Assembly (NCBI RefSeq): GCF_017348835.2
Contig: NZ_CP071375.1
Reading direction: 5' to 3' (one strand)
DNA length: 64,000 nt
Source of the DNA: Escherichia coli
GTDB lineage: Bacteria; Pseudomonadota; Gammaproteobacteria; Enterobacterales; Enterobacteriaceae
In this document: piece after piece, positions 1 through 10,248 of the stretch
Layout of the letters: each line of letters begins with the position of its first letter
Numbering within the stretch: position 1 is the first letter of the stretch
Position numbers and translations under genes: made by a program
The notes under the pieces: generated by a model
What the model was told of the DNA's origin: nothing
The model's database searches: none
Seen by the model: only the letters and a program-made list of their open reading frames with translations

Positions 1-17
1 GGCACGATAAGAAGGGA

Positions 18-1556
18 TTATTTACGTCGCTGACGCAGACTCATCAACACAGCAGCAAAACCAAACAGTGCCGTCAGCACCCACAGCGGCCAGTTGCCGG
101 TACGTGCATACGGTGTGAGTCCGGTGGTCGGCGTCACATTAGTGGTTAACACCTCGCGGGTGAACTGCGGGATCATCGCCTGAATCTCACCCTGCGGGCC
201 AATCACCGCCGTAATGCCGTTGTTGGTGCTGCGCAACAGTGGGCGCGCCAGCTCCAGCGCACGCATTCGCGCCATCTGGAAGTGTTGCCATGGACCAATA
301 GATTTACCAAACCACGCATCGTTGGAGATAGTCAGCAGATAGTCGGTATCCGGGCGGAAGTTATCGCGCACTTGCTCGCCGAGAATGATCTCGTAGCAAA
401 TAGCCGCAGTAAGCTCAATACCATTTGCCGACAGCGGCGGCTGGATATATGGCCCACGGCTGAACGACGACATCGGCAGATCAAAGAACGGTGCTAACGG
501 ACGCAGAATCGACTCCAGCGGGACAAACTCGCCAAACGGCACCAGATGGTTTTTGTTATAGCGATCGGCTGATTCGTAGCTGTACGGTGCACCTTTACCC
601 AGCGTGATGATGGTGTTGTAGGTATCGTAACGGTTCTGCTTATTAAGACGCGCGTCAACAATCCCGGTCACCAGCGTACTCCCTTTATCACGCAACTCAC
701 CGTCCAGTGCTTTGAGGAACGGTTGCTGATTAATTTCCAGATCGGTTATCGCCGACTCCGGCCAGATAATCAACGATGATTTGCCCATCAGTGGTGCCGT
801 TGCGTTGTAGTAAATCTTCAGCGTATTAAGAAGCTGGCCTTCGTCCCATTTCAGCGATTGCGGAATATCGCCCTGAACCATCGAAACCTGAATGGTTTTC
901 TCCGGTTGTGGGGTAAACCACTGGATGTAACGCAGCGGGAAGGGAAGGGCAAACAGCACGACGGCCACCACCAGCGGACGCCAGTTGCGTTTGACTAACG
1001 CCAGTGCCAGCAGGCCGCTAACCATCATCAGCAGGAAGTTAATGGCTTCCACGCCCATTAGCGGTGCCAGCCCTTTTAACGGGCCATCAATCTGGCTATA
1101 GCCGAACTGTAACCACGGGAAGCCTGTCAGTACCCAACCGCGCAGAAACTCGGTCACTTGCCAGAGAGCAGGGGCGGCAATCGCCACGCGCAGCCAGGTG
1201 GTTTTCGGCCACAGGCGCGACAGCACGCCAGCAAACAGTCCGGTATACAGCGACAAATACGCTGCCAGTAGCACCACCAGGAAGATGTTAACCGGGCCAG
1301 GCATTCCGCCAAAGGTCGCGATGCTGACATAGACCCAGTTAATACCGCTGCCAAAGAGGCCAAATCCCCAGCAAAAGCCAATAGCGGCAGACTGGAGTGG
1401 ACGGCGGTTAAAGGTCAACGCCTGAAGCCCCATCAGCGAAATAATCGCCGCAGGCCAGACGTCGTAAGGAGAGAAGGCCAGCGTTCCGCAGGCACCGAAT
1501 AATAACGCCAGCAGCAGGCGAATGCGCTGGCGTTCAATTAATGAGGCAAAAGCCAT
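18..1556 (-). CDS. lnt: apolipoprotein N-acyltransferase
   Basis: 512-aa ORF with ATG at 1556-1554; N-terminal membrane helices followed by a carbon-nitrogen hydrolase domain; sequence recognised as E. coli Lnt (CutE). Confidence 0.95.
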   Translation of the reverse strand: MAFASLIERQRIRLLLALLFGACGTLAFSPYDVWPAAIISLMGLQALTFNRRPLQSAAIGFCWGFGLFGSGINWVYVSIATFGGMPGPVNIFLVVLLAAYLSLYTGLFAGVLSRLWPKTTWLRVAIAAPALWQVTEFLRGWVLTGFPWLQFGYSQIDGPLKGLAPLMGVEAINFLLMMVSGLLALALVKRNWRPLVVAVVLFALPFPLRYIQWFTPQPEKTIQVSMVQGDIPQSLKWDEGQLLNTLKIYYNATAPLMGKSSLIIWPESAITDLEINQQPFLKALDGELRDKGSTLVTGIVDARLNKQNRYDTYNTIITLGKGAPYSYESADRYNKNHLVPFGEFVPLESILRPLAPFFDLPMSSFSRGPYIQPPLSANGIELTAAICYEIILGEQVRDNFRPDTDYLLTISNDAWFGKSIGPWQHFQMARMRALELARPLLRSTNNGITAVIGPQGEIQAMIPQFTREVLTTNVTPTTGLTPYARTGNWPLWVLTALFGFAAVLMSLRQRRK

Positions 1557-1580
1557 GTAGTTATCTATCCAGTTTCGGTT

Positions 1581-2459
1581 TTATTCATCCAGCTTTGGCT
1601 GGGGTGAGTCATCCGGGATTTTGACATGAACCTGAATAATACGCCGACTATCGGCCATCGCCACTTTGAACTGGTAACCGTCGATGTCGATGGTTTCGCC
1701 ACGCGCCGGAAGATGCCCAAATGCCTGCATCACCAGACCACCGATAGTGTCGACTTCTTCATCGCTAAAGTGGGTGCCGAACGCTTCGTTGAAGTCTTCA
1801 ATGGAAGCCAGTGCGCGTACGGTCCAAGTATGACGACTCAGCTGACGGAAGTCGATATCATCTTCTTCGTCATACTCGTCTTCAATCTCACCAACAATCA
1901 GTTCCAGGATGTCTTCAATGGTCACCAGACCGGAAACCCCACCGAATTCGTCAATGACGATCGCCATGTGGTAACGCTGAGAGCGAAACTCTTTCAGCAT
2001 CCGGTCTACGCGCTTACTTTCAGGAACGACAACCGCCTGACGTAACACTTTGTCCATGCTGAAGGCTTCAGCATCGCTGCGCATAAACGGCAGCAAGTCT
2101 TTCGCCATCAGAATCCCTTCAATGTGATCTTTGTCTTCGCTAATCACCGGGAAACGTGAGTGGGCGGACTCGATGATGACATCAAGGCATTCGTCCAGCG
2201 TCTGGTTGCGTTTCAGGGTAATCATCTGGGAGCGGGGGATCATGATGTCGCGGACGCGTTGGTCTGCGATGTCCATCACCCCTTCGAGCATATCGCGCGT
2301 ATCTTCGTCGATAAGGTCGTTCTGCCCGGAATCACGGATCAGCGCCAGCAGTTCGTCACGGTTTTTCGGTTCACCGTGGAAAAGTTGGCTGAGTAACAGG
2401 GAGAAAAATCCCTTCTTGTTGCTTATCGTGTCACTACTGTGTGAATTGTCGTCGCTCAT
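1581..2459 (-). CDS. corC: Mg/Co efflux-associated protein CorC (CBS-pair plus CorC_HlyC domain)
   Basis: 292-aa ORF recognised as E. coli CorC/YbeX; sits 24 bp upstream of lnt in the conserved ybeZ-ybeY-corC-lnt arrangement. Confidence 0.95.
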   Translation of the reverse strand: MSDDNSHSSDTISNKKGFFSLLLSQLFHGEPKNRDELLALIRDSGQNDLIDEDTRDMLEGVMDIADQRVRDIMIPRSQMITLKRNQTLDECLDVIIESAHSRFPVISEDKDHIEGILMAKDLLPFMRSDAEAFSMDKVLRQAVVVPESKRVDRMLKEFRSQRYHMAIVIDEFGGVSGLVTIEDILELIVGEIEDEYDEEDDIDFRQLSRHTWTVRALASIEDFNEAFGTHFSDEEVDTIGGLVMQAFGHLPARGETIDIDGYQFKVAMADSRRIIQVHVKIPDDSPQPKLDE

Positions 2460-2548
2460 GGCGTCGTATGGGTTCTCAGGTTAGTTAATCAAAACGCCGT
2501 CGTTAATCACCAACGGCGGGGACGTCTGCCAGCCAAATGCCTGGCAAA

Positions 2549-3016
2549 TTATTCTTTCTCGGCAATGTACGGATCCTCATAGCCCAGAGCAAGCATAATC
2601 TCTGTTTCGAGGGCTTCCATTTCTTCTGCTTCGTCATCTTCGATGTGATCGTAACCTAACAAATGCAGACTGCCGTGCACCACCATATGCGCCCAGTGCG
2701 CCTCCAGTGGTTTGCCTTGCTCCTGAGCTTCCTTCTCAACCACCTGACGGCAGATAACCAGATCGCCCAGTAGCGACATCTCCATGCCAGGCGGCACTTC
2801 AAACGGGAAGGAGAGCACGTTGGTCGGCTTATCCTTACCGCGATAGGTCAGATTCAGACTGTGGCTTTCGGCGGTATCGACCACGCGAATAGTTACTTCC
2901 GATTCTTCCTGAAACTGCGGGATCACCGCATTCAGCCATGTTTGAAACTGGCTCTCTTCCGGCAATCCGGAGTTATCTTCACATGCCAGTTGTAAATCGA
3001 GGATCACCTGACTCAT
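2549..3016 (-). CDS. ybeY: endoribonuclease YbeY (16S rRNA 3' end maturation)
   Basis: 155-aa ORF with the metal-binding motif [11 protein letters not shown]; 4-nt overlap with the ybeZ stop. Confidence 0.95.
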
Positions 3017-4053
3017 TTTTGTTCCTGTTCTTCGCGCTTGCGTTCTGCTGCCAGCGCCGCTTTACGTTTTTGTTCTGCTTCTTCCCAGGCTTCATAAGCG
3101 TTAACGATACGCGCCACCACCGGGTGACGAACCACGTCTTCGCTGTGGAAGAAGTTAAAGCTGATCTCTTCGACATCGGCCAGCACTTCAATGGCATGAC
3201 GTAAGCCTGATTTAGTATTACGCGGCAGGTCGATCTGTGTGACGTCGCCGGTGATAACCGCTTTTGAGTTAAAACCGATACGGGTCAGGAACATCTTCAT
3301 CTGTTCGATGGTGGTGTTCTGGCTCTCATCGAGAATGATAAAGGCGTCATTCAGCGTACGACCACGCATATAGGCCAGCGGTGCGACTTCAATAACGTTG
3401 CGCTCAATCAGTTTCTCGACTTTCTCAAAGCCCAGCATTTCAAACAGCGCGTCGTACAGTGGGCGCAGATACGGGTCTACTTTCTGGCTTAAATCGCCAG
3501 GCAGGAAGCCCAGTTTCTCACCGGCTTCTACTGCCGGACGAGTCAGCAGAATACGGCGAATTTCCTGACGCTCCAGGGCATCAACTGCTGCAGCCACTGC
3601 CAGGTAGGTTTTACCCGTACCCGCCGGGCCAACGCCGAAGGTAATGTCATGGTCGAGAATATTGGCGATGTACTGCGCCTGGTTTGGCGTGCGCGGCTTA
3701 ATTACGCCGCGTTTGGTTTTGATATTGACCGCTTTGCCGTACTCCGGCACGCTCTCCGCGCTTTGCTCCAGTACCCGTGCTTCTTTAATCGCAAGGTGGA
3801 TCTGTTCCGGTTCGATATCCTGAATCTGACCGCGCATCGGGGCAGTATCGACATACAGGCTACGCAGAATGTCTGCCGCAGCGGTGACGCAAATCGGACG
3901 GCCGGTCAGTTTAAAGTGGTTATCGCGGCGATTGATCTCGATGCCGAGACGGCGTTCGAGCTGCTTGATGTTGTCATCAAACGGGCCGCACAGGCTCAAC
4001 AGACGCGCATTGTCTGCTGGCTCCAGGGTGATTTCGCGAGTGTCTATGTTCAA
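3013..4053 (-). CDS. ybeZ: PhoH-like ATPase YbeZ
   Basis: Walker A GPAGTGKT; the ORF track gives 359 aa, but the conserved N-terminus [12 protein letters not shown] is recalled from E. coli YbeZ and corresponds to a TTG at 4053-4051 preceded by a GAGGAA Shine-Dalgarno, giving 346 aa. Confidence 0.85.
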
Positions 4054-4205
4054 ACCGTTCCTCTTATCTGTATGCCGCCGGAAGCTGAACATTCACCGGC
4101 CTATAAGGAAATTATTCACGCCACAGGAAAAAGGCGCAAGCATTGCGATAAAGATGGGGATAAAGAGAGAAAAAACAAGGCCCACCGGAACGGCAGGCCT
4201 GAGAA

Positions 4206-5630
4206 TTACGGCTGATAATAACCCACGCCAAGGTCGTTTTCTTTGCGGGTACGGGCAATCACCGATTCCGGTGTTTCTGCCACGCGCAGACCCATTTCAT
4301 CTTCAGTTCGCACCACTTTACCGCGCAGAGAGTTCGGGTAGACGTCGGTAATTTCTACATCGACGAATTTACCGATCATATCCGGCGTGCCTTCGAAGTT
4401 GACCACGCGGTTATTTTCCGTACGCCCGGAAAGCTCCATGATGCTCTTACGCGATGTACCTTCTACCAGAATACGCTGGGTGGTGCCGAGCATCCGACGG
4501 CTCCATGCCATCGCTTGCTGATTAATGCGCTCTTGCAGAATATACAGACGCTGCTTCTTCTCTTCTTCCGGAACATCATCAACCATATCGGCGGCTGGTG
4601 TACCCGGACGTGCAGAGAAGATAAAGCTGTAGCTCATGTCGAAATTGACGTCGGCAATCAGCTTCATCGTTTTCTCGAAGTCTTCGGTGGTTTCGCCAGG
4701 GAAGCCAACGATGAAGTCAGAACTGATCTGAATATCCGGACGCGCCGCACGCAGTTTACGGATGATCGCTTTGTACTCCAGCGCCGTATGGGTACGTCCC
4801 ATCAGGTTCAGAATACGATCGGAACCGCTCTGTACCGGCAGATGCAGGAAGCTCACCAGCTCCGGCGTGTCGCGATACACTTCGATGATATCGTCGGTGA
4901 ATTCGATCGGATGGCTGGTGGTAAAGCGAATACGATCGATCCCGTCGATCGCAGCAACCAGACGCAACAGATCGGCAAACGATCCTGTGGTGCCGTCGTA
5001 GTTTTCACCACGCCAGGCGTTCACGTTCTGACCGAGCAGGTTGACTTCACGCACGCCCTGAGCCGCAAGCTGGGCAATTTCAAACAGAATATCGTCGGAG
5101 GGACGGCTTACCTCTTCACCACGGGTGTAAGGCACCACGCAGTAGGTGCAATATTTATTGCAGCCTTCCATGATGGAGACAAACGCGGTCGGTCCTTCGG
5201 CGCGCGGTTCCGGTAGACGGTCAAACTTCTCGATTTCCGGGAAGCTGATATCTACAACCGGGCTGCGGTCGCCGCGCACGGAGTTGATCATCTCCGGCAG
5301 ACGGTGCAGCGTTTGCGGCCCAAAAATAATATCGACATAGTGGGCGCGCTGGCGAATGTGCTCGCCTTCTTGCGATGCCACGCAGCCACCGACGCCGATA
5401 ATCAGGTCTGGATTCTTCTCTTTTAACAGTTTCCAGCGACCCAACTGATGGAAGACTTTTTCCTGAGCCTTCTCGCGGATTGAGCAGGTGTTCAGCAGCA
5501 GCACATCCGCTTCTTCCGCCACGTCGGTCAGTTGATAGCCGTGGGTGGCATCCAGCAGATCGGCCATCTTCGATGAATCGTACTCGTTCATCTGACAGCC
5601 CCAGGTTTTAATATGGAGTTTTTTGGTCAT
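4206..5630 (-). CDS. miaB: tRNA-i6A37 methylthiotransferase MiaB (radical SAM)
   Basis: 474-aa ORF with radical-SAM cysteine motif CNKYCTYC and a C-terminal TRAM domain; recognised as MiaB. Confidence 0.95.
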
Positions 5631-5775
5631 CGACTTGCTCTTGCGAAATAGTAGCCAGGAATGCAGGGCGCATAGTGTAATGCTTTGCTGCCGTTGTGAC
5701 CAGTATGAGCGTTATCAGCCCTTAGGGGTAAAAATCCTGTAAACTTAAAGCATATTGCTAACAGGATGATTGACC

Positions 5776-6951
5776 ATGACAAATCAACCAACGGAAATTG
5801 CCATTGTCGGCGGAGGAATGGTCGGCGGCGCACTGGCGCTGGGGCTGGCACAGCACGGATTTTCGGTAACGGTGATCGAGCACGCAGAACCTGCACCGTT
5901 TATCGCTGACAGCCAGCCGGATGTGCGGATCTCGGCGATCAGCGCGGCTTCGGTATCATTGCTTAAAGGGTTAGGGGTCTGGGATGCAGTACAGGCTATG
6001 CGTTGCCATCCTTACCGCAGACTGGAAACGTGGGAGTGGGAAACGGCGCATGTGGTGTTTGATGCTGCTGAACTAAAGCTGCCGCTGCTTGGCTACATGG
6101 TGGAAAACACTGTCCTGCAACAGGCGCTGTGGCAGGCGCTGGAAGCGCATCCGAAAGTAACGTTACGTGTGCCAGGCTCGCTGATTGCATTACATCGAGA
6201 TAATGATCTTCAGGAGCTGGAACTGAAGGGCGGTGAAACGATCCGCGCGAAGCTGGTGATTGGTGCCGACGGCGCAAATTCGCAGGTGCGGCAGATGGCG
6301 GGAATTGGCGTTCATGCCTGGCAGTATGCGCAGTCGTGCATGTTGATTAGCGTCCAGTGCGAGAACGATCCCGGCGATAGCACCTGGCAGCAATTTACTC
6401 CGGACGGACCGCGTGCGTTTCTGCCGTTGTTTGATAACTGGGCATCGCTGGTGTGGTATGACTCTCCGGCGCGTATTCGCCAGTTGCAGAATATGAATAT
6501 GGCACAGCTCCAGGCGGAAATCGCGAAGCATTTCCCGTCGCGTCTGGGGTACGTTACACCGCTTGCCACTGGTGCGTTTCCGCTGACGCGTCGCCATGCG
6601 TTGCAGTATGTGCAGCCAGGGCTTGCGCTGGTGGGCGATGCCGCGCATACCATCCATCCGCTGGCGGGGCAGGGGGTGAATCTTGGTTATCGTGATGTCG
6701 ATGCCCTGATTGATGTTCTGGTGAATGCCCGCAGCTACGGCGAAGCGTGGGCCAGTTATCCTGTCCTCAAGCGTTACCAGATGCGGCGCATGGCGGATAA
6801 CTTCATTATGCAGAGCGGTATGGATCTGTTTTATGCCGGATTCAGTAATAATCTGCCGCCGCTGCGTTTTGTGCGTAATCTTGGTTTGATGGCGGCGGAG
6901 CGTGCTGGCGTGTTGAAACGTCAGGCGCTGAAATATGCGTTAGGGTTGTAG
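5776..6951 (+). CDS. ubiF: 3-demethoxyubiquinol 3-hydroxylase UbiF (FAD monooxygenase)
   Basis: FAD-binding GxGxxG (IVGGGMVGG); the ORF track starts at TTG 5770, while the ATG at 5776 gives the recalled N-terminus MTNQPTEIAIV (391 aa). Confidence 0.9.
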   Translation: MTNQPTEIAIVGGGMVGGALALGLAQHGFSVTVIEHAEPAPFIADSQPDVRISAISAASVSLLKGLGVWDAVQAMRCHPYRRLETWEWETAHVVFDAAELKLPLLGYMVENTVLQQALWQALEAHPKVTLRVPGSLIALHRDNDLQELELKGGETIRAKLVIGADGANSQVRQMAGIGVHAWQYAQSCMLISVQCENDPGDSTWQQFTPDGPRAFLPLFDNWASLVWYDSPARIRQLQNMNMAQLQAEIAKHFPSRLGYVTPLATGAFPLTRRHALQYVQPGLALVGDAAHTIHPLAGQGVNLGYRDVDALIDVLVNARSYGEAWASYPVLKRYQMRRMADNFIMQSGMDLFYAGFSNNLPPLRFVRNLGLMAAERAGVLKRQALKYALGL

Positions 6952-6963
6952 CCTTACAACATT

Positions 6964-7017
6964 GCCGGATGCGTGCCAACCGTAGGTCGGATAAGACGCG
7001 GCAGCGTCGCATCCGAC
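6964..7017. repeat. REP (repetitive extragenic palindrome) element
   Basis: Imperfect palindrome gtaggtcggataagacgcggcagcgtcgcatccgac, typical of E. coli REP units, 3' of ubiF. Confidence 0.7.
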
Positions 7018-7073
7018 ATTGAAGGATAAGACGTGTCAACATCGCATTCGACATTGAATGAACGCAGAAAAGC

Positions 7074-7100
7074 AAAAAGCTCGCCGAAGCGAGCTTTTTT
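7074..7100. terminator. bidirectional intrinsic terminator between ubiF and the tRNA operon
   Basis: Hairpin gctcgc-cgaa-gcgagc flanked by an A-run on one side and a T6 run on the other. Confidence 0.7.
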
Positions 7101-7104
7101 AATG

Positions 7105-7179
7105 TGGCTGGGGTACGAGGATTCGAACCTCGGAATGCCGGAATCAGAATCCGGTGCCTTACCGCTTGGCGATACCCCA
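7105..7179 (-). tRNA. glnX: tRNA-Gln (anticodon CUG)
   Basis: 75-nt sequence whose reverse complement reads TGGGGTATCGCC...CCAGCCA; anticodon loop uuCUGau. Confidence 0.95.
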
Positions 7180-7216
7180 ACTGGGTGCACTTACAAGGTA
7201 AGCGTCTTGAATAAAT

Positions 7217-7291
7217 TGGCTGGGGTACGAGGATTCGAACCTCGGAATGCCGGAATCAGAATCCGGTGCCTTACCGCTTGGCGATACCCCA
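7217..7291 (-). tRNA. glnV: tRNA-Gln (anticodon CUG)
   Basis: Identical 75-nt copy of the preceding tRNA-Gln(CUG). Confidence 0.95.
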
Positions 7292-7339
7292 ACAAATTGG
7301 TTTTTGAATTTGCCGAACATATTCGACACATTCAGAATT

Positions 7340-7416
7340 TGGTGGCTACGACGGGATTCGAACCTGTGACCCCATCATTATGAGTGATGTGCTCTAACCA
7401 ACTGAGCTACGTAGCC
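7340..7416 (-). tRNA. metU: tRNA-Met (elongator, anticodon CAU)
   Basis: 77-nt sequence, reverse complement GGCTACGTAGCTCAGTTGGTTAGAGC...CCACCA; anticodon loop cuCAUaa. Confidence 0.95.
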
Positions 7417-7431
7417 AGATTGTTTCTTCGA

Positions 7432-7506
7432 TGGCTGGGGTACCTGGATTCGAACCAGGGAATGCCGGTATCAAAAACCGGTGCCTTACCGCTTGGCGAT
7501 ACCCCA
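7432..7506 (-). tRNA. glnW: tRNA-Gln (anticodon UUG)
   Basis: 75-nt tRNA-Gln with anticodon loop uuUUGau. Confidence 0.95.
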
Positions 7507-7540
7507 ATAACCGGGCGGTGAACCGCTTACTCGAAGAAGA

Positions 7541-7615
7541 TGGCTGGGGTACCTGGATTCGAACCAGGGAATGCCGGTATCAAAAACCGGTGCCTTACCG
7601 CTTGGCGATACCCCA
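7541..7615 (-). tRNA. glnU: tRNA-Gln (anticodon UUG)
   Basis: Identical 75-nt copy of the preceding tRNA-Gln(UUG). Confidence 0.95.
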
Positions 7616-7638
7616 TCCGTACAACGCTTTCTGGTGAA

Positions 7639-7723
7639 TGGTGCGGGAGGCGAGACTTGAACTCGCACACCTTGCGGCGCCAGAACCTAAATCTGGTGCG
7701 TCTACCAATTTCGCCACTCCCGC
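7639..7723 (-). tRNA. leuW: tRNA-Leu (anticodon UAG)
   Basis: 85-nt class II tRNA with a long variable arm; reverse complement GCGGGAGTGGCGAAATTGGTAGACGCACCAGATTTAGGTTCTGG...CACCA. Confidence 0.93.
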
Positions 7724-7731
7724 AAAAAAGA

Positions 7732-7808
7732 TGGTGGCTACGACGGGATTCGAACCTGTGACCCCATCATTATGAGTGATGTGCTCTAACCAACTGAGCT
7801 ACGTAGCC
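7732..7808 (-). tRNA. metT: tRNA-Met (elongator, anticodon CAU)
   Basis: 77-nt sequence identical to metU; first gene of the operon. Confidence 0.95.
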
Positions 7809-7848
7809 ATCTTTTTTTTCGCGATACCTTATCGGCGTTGCGGGGCGC

Positions 7849-7877
7849 ATTATGCGTATAGAGCCTTGCAGCGTCAA
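7849..7877 (-). promoter_or_regulatory. sigma70 promoter of the metT-leuW-glnUW-metU-glnVX tRNA operon
   Basis: On the minus strand: TTGACG (-35), 17-bp spacer, CATAAT (-10), then a GC-rich discriminator GCGCCCCGC about 35 nt upstream of the mature metT 5' end; A/T-rich UP-like sequence upstream. Confidence 0.6.
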
Positions 7878-8139
7878 CCTCTTTTTCAAGGAAAATTGCT
7901 CGAAAGTGACTGTTTGGTTAGGTTGCGAACAGCGTGGCGCTATATTCGTCAATTATTGTTTACTTTGTGTTTTTTCCCACCCTACAGCCATTCTTTTGTC
8001 ATACAGGATGAAATTCGGAATTTAACAATAGTGGTGGGAAATTAATCTATGAAATACTGGCCTACAGTGATGAGTTGTCAAACAGTGATGTGGCAAACCC
8101 GGAACATTTCCTTACTGCATATCAGAATCAACAAGCACC

Positions 8140-8177
8140 TCAATAACTGAAACAGCCCCGGATTTCACCGGGGCTGT
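8140..8177 (-). terminator. probable asnB terminator hairpin
   Basis: 10-bp stem acagccccgg / ccggggctgt 11 bp downstream of the asnB stop, followed on the transcript by a U-rich stretch. Confidence 0.55.
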
Positions 8178-8187
8178 TTCGCATTTC

Positions 8188-9852
8188 TTACTTATACGCC
8201 GACTGGTGAACACCAACCGCGCGACCAGACGGATCGTCCATTTTCTTGAACGCTTCATCCCATTCGATCGCTTTAGCGGAAGAACACGCGACGGAAGGAC
8301 CGCCCGGCACGCACTCAGCGGCACTCGGAAGCGGGAATAGTTCTTCAAAGATCTCCCGGTACAGATACGCTTCTTTTGAGGTCGGTGTGTTGTACGGGAA
8401 GCGGAAGCGGGCAGTTTCCAGCTGTTGATCAGAAACCTGCTGCGCCGCCACTTCTTTCAGGGTGTCGATCCAACTGTAACCGACGCCATCGGAGAACTGC
8501 TCTTTCTGCCGCCAGGCCACGCTTGCGGGCAGGTATGACTCAAAACATTCACGCAGGATGTGTTTTTCCATCTTGCCGTTACCGCACATTTTATCCTGCG
8601 GGTTAATGCGCATCGCCACGTCGAGGAATTTCTTGTCGAGGAACGGAACGCGTGCTTCCACGCCCCAGGCTGACATCGCTTTGTTGGCACGGGCGCAGTC
8701 ATACATATGCAGGGCCAGCAGTTTACGCACCGTCTCTTCATGCAGTTCTTTGGCATTCGGTGCTTTGTGGAAGTAAAGATAACCGCCAAACACTTCATCA
8801 GAACCTTCACCGGACAGCACCATTTTAATGCCCATCGCTTTGATCTTACGCGACATTAAATACATCGGTGTTGAAGCGCGAATAGTGGTCACATCATAGG
8901 TTTCGATGTGGTAAATCACGTCGCGGATGGCGTCCAGACCTTCCTGTACAGTGAAGTGAATTTCATGATGCACAGTGCCCAGATGGTTTGCCACTTCCTG
9001 GGCTGCTTTCAGATCCGGTGAACCCGGCAGACCTACAGCAAAGGAGTGTAACTGCGGCCACCAGGCTTCAGAGCGTTCCTGATCTTCCACGCGACGGGCT
9101 GCGTATTTCTTGGTGATAGCGGAAATAATTGAGGAATCCAGACCACCAGAAAGCAGCACACCGTAAGGCACATCAGACATCAGATGGCTTTTAACGGAAT
9201 CTTCCAGAGCCTGACGCAGCTCGTTTTTGTCGGTGACATTATCTTTCACCGCATCGTAGTCGAACCAGTCGCGATGATAATAAGAACGGATTTCGCCGTC
9301 CTGACTCCACAAATAGCTCCCCGCCGGGAACTCTTTAATCGTGCGGCATACCGGCACGAGGGCTTTCATTTCTGAGGCCACATACAGCTGACCATGTTCG
9401 TCATAGCCCATATACAGTGGGATGATCCCCAGATGGTCGCGACCAATCAGGTAGGCATCTTTTTCGCTGTCGTACAGGGCAAAGGCAAACATGCCCTGCA
9501 AGTCGTCGAGAAATTCCGGCCCTTTTTCCTGATACAGCGCGAGGATCACTTCACAGTCAGACCCTGTCTGGAACTGATAACGATCGCCGTATTCAGCGCG
9601 CAATGCCTGGTGATTGTAGATTTCACCGTTTACCGCCAGTACGTGGGTTTTTTGTTGGTTGTAGAGAGGTTGCGCCCCCGCGTTAACGTCAACAATTGAC
9701 AGACGTTCGTGGGCGAGAATGGCGTTATCACTGGCATAAATACCGGACCAGTCCGGGCCACGATGACGCATCAGGCGTGACAGCTCGAGTGCTTTCTTAC
9801 GCAGCTCAACTGCGTCTGTTTTGATATCGAATACGCCAAAAATTGAACACAT
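8188..9852 (-). CDS. asnB: asparagine synthetase B (glutamine-hydrolysing)
   Basis: The ORF track gives 581 aa; the conserved N-terminus MCSIFGVFD, with the catalytic Cys2 of class II amidotransferases, starts at ATG 9852, giving 554 aa. Confidence 0.95.
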   Translation of the reverse strand: MCSIFGVFDIKTDAVELRKKALELSRLMRHRGPDWSGIYASDNAILAHERLSIVDVNAGAQPLYNQQKTHVLAVNGEIYNHQALRAEYGDRYQFQTGSDCEVILALYQEKGPEFLDDLQGMFAFALYDSEKDAYLIGRDHLGIIPLYMGYDEHGQLYVASEMKALVPVCRTIKEFPAGSYLWSQDGEIRSYYHRDWFDYDAVKDNVTDKNELRQALEDSVKSHLMSDVPYGVLLSGGLDSSIISAITKKYAARRVEDQERSEAWWPQLHSFAVGLPGSPDLKAAQEVANHLGTVHHEIHFTVQEGLDAIRDVIYHIETYDVTTIRASTPMYLMSRKIKAMGIKMVLSGEGSDEVFGGYLYFHKAPNAKELHEETVRKLLALHMYDCARANKAMSAWGVEARVPFLDKKFLDVAMRINPQDKMCGNGKMEKHILRECFESYLPASVAWRQKEQFSDGVGYSWIDTLKEVAAQQVSDQQLETARFRFPYNTPTSKEAYLYREIFEELFPLPSAAECVPGGPSVACSSAKAIEWDEAFKKMDDPSGRAVGVHQSAYK

Positions 9853-10098
9853 AACCTTCTCCGTTAACCTGGTATTTGTTGCTTGTTGTGTTTGCTTGTT
9901 TAAAAAAATGCCGCAAAGCAGCACTGTGCGCAAGCGATTTGGCGGTGAAAAAATAAAAAACGTAATGGTGATTGCTGATTTGTGAAAAAGGGGAGGGTGC
10001 GGTGATGTATTTATTAATGGATCGATAATTTTTGGCGGGTTTTATTGAATGTTTATATTTTACGGGGGCCAAATTGCTGACAAAGTGCGATTTGTTCA

Positions 10099-10198
10099 TG
10101 CCGGATGCGGCGTGAACGCCTTATTCGGCCTACAAAAGCATGAAAATTCAATAAATTGCAGGAGCTGCGTAGGCCTGATAAGCGTAGCGCATCAGGCA
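10099..10198. repeat. BIME / RIP-like element (two inverted REPs with a conserved linker)
   Basis: REP tgccggatgcggcgtgaacgccttattcggcctac and inverted REP gtaggcctgataagcgtagcgcatcaggca separated by a linker containing aattcaataaattgcagga. Confidence 0.75.
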
Positions 10199-10248
10199 GT
10201 TTGGCGTTTGTCATCAGAGCCAACCACGTCCGCAGACGTGGTTGCTAT

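Noticed and set aside
7105-7808. tRNA cluster as a possible genomic-island or prophage integration site
   Set aside because: Both flanks continue directly into conserved core genes (ubiF and asnB) with no integrase, direct repeat of a tRNA 3' end, or foreign-composition DNA.
7776-8045. 89-aa ORF overlapping metT and the tRNA operon promoter
   Set aside because: Overlaps a tRNA gene and its promoter; no Shine-Dalgarno and no recognisable protein features.
8188-9933. Extended ORF-track starts (asnB 581 aa; similarly fldA 215, seqA 226, kdpA 605, ybfE 120, ybgA 192, pgm 563)
   Set aside because: The extensions run into upstream terminators or promoters and precede well-conserved N-termini that have their own start codons; the shorter conserved starts were used.
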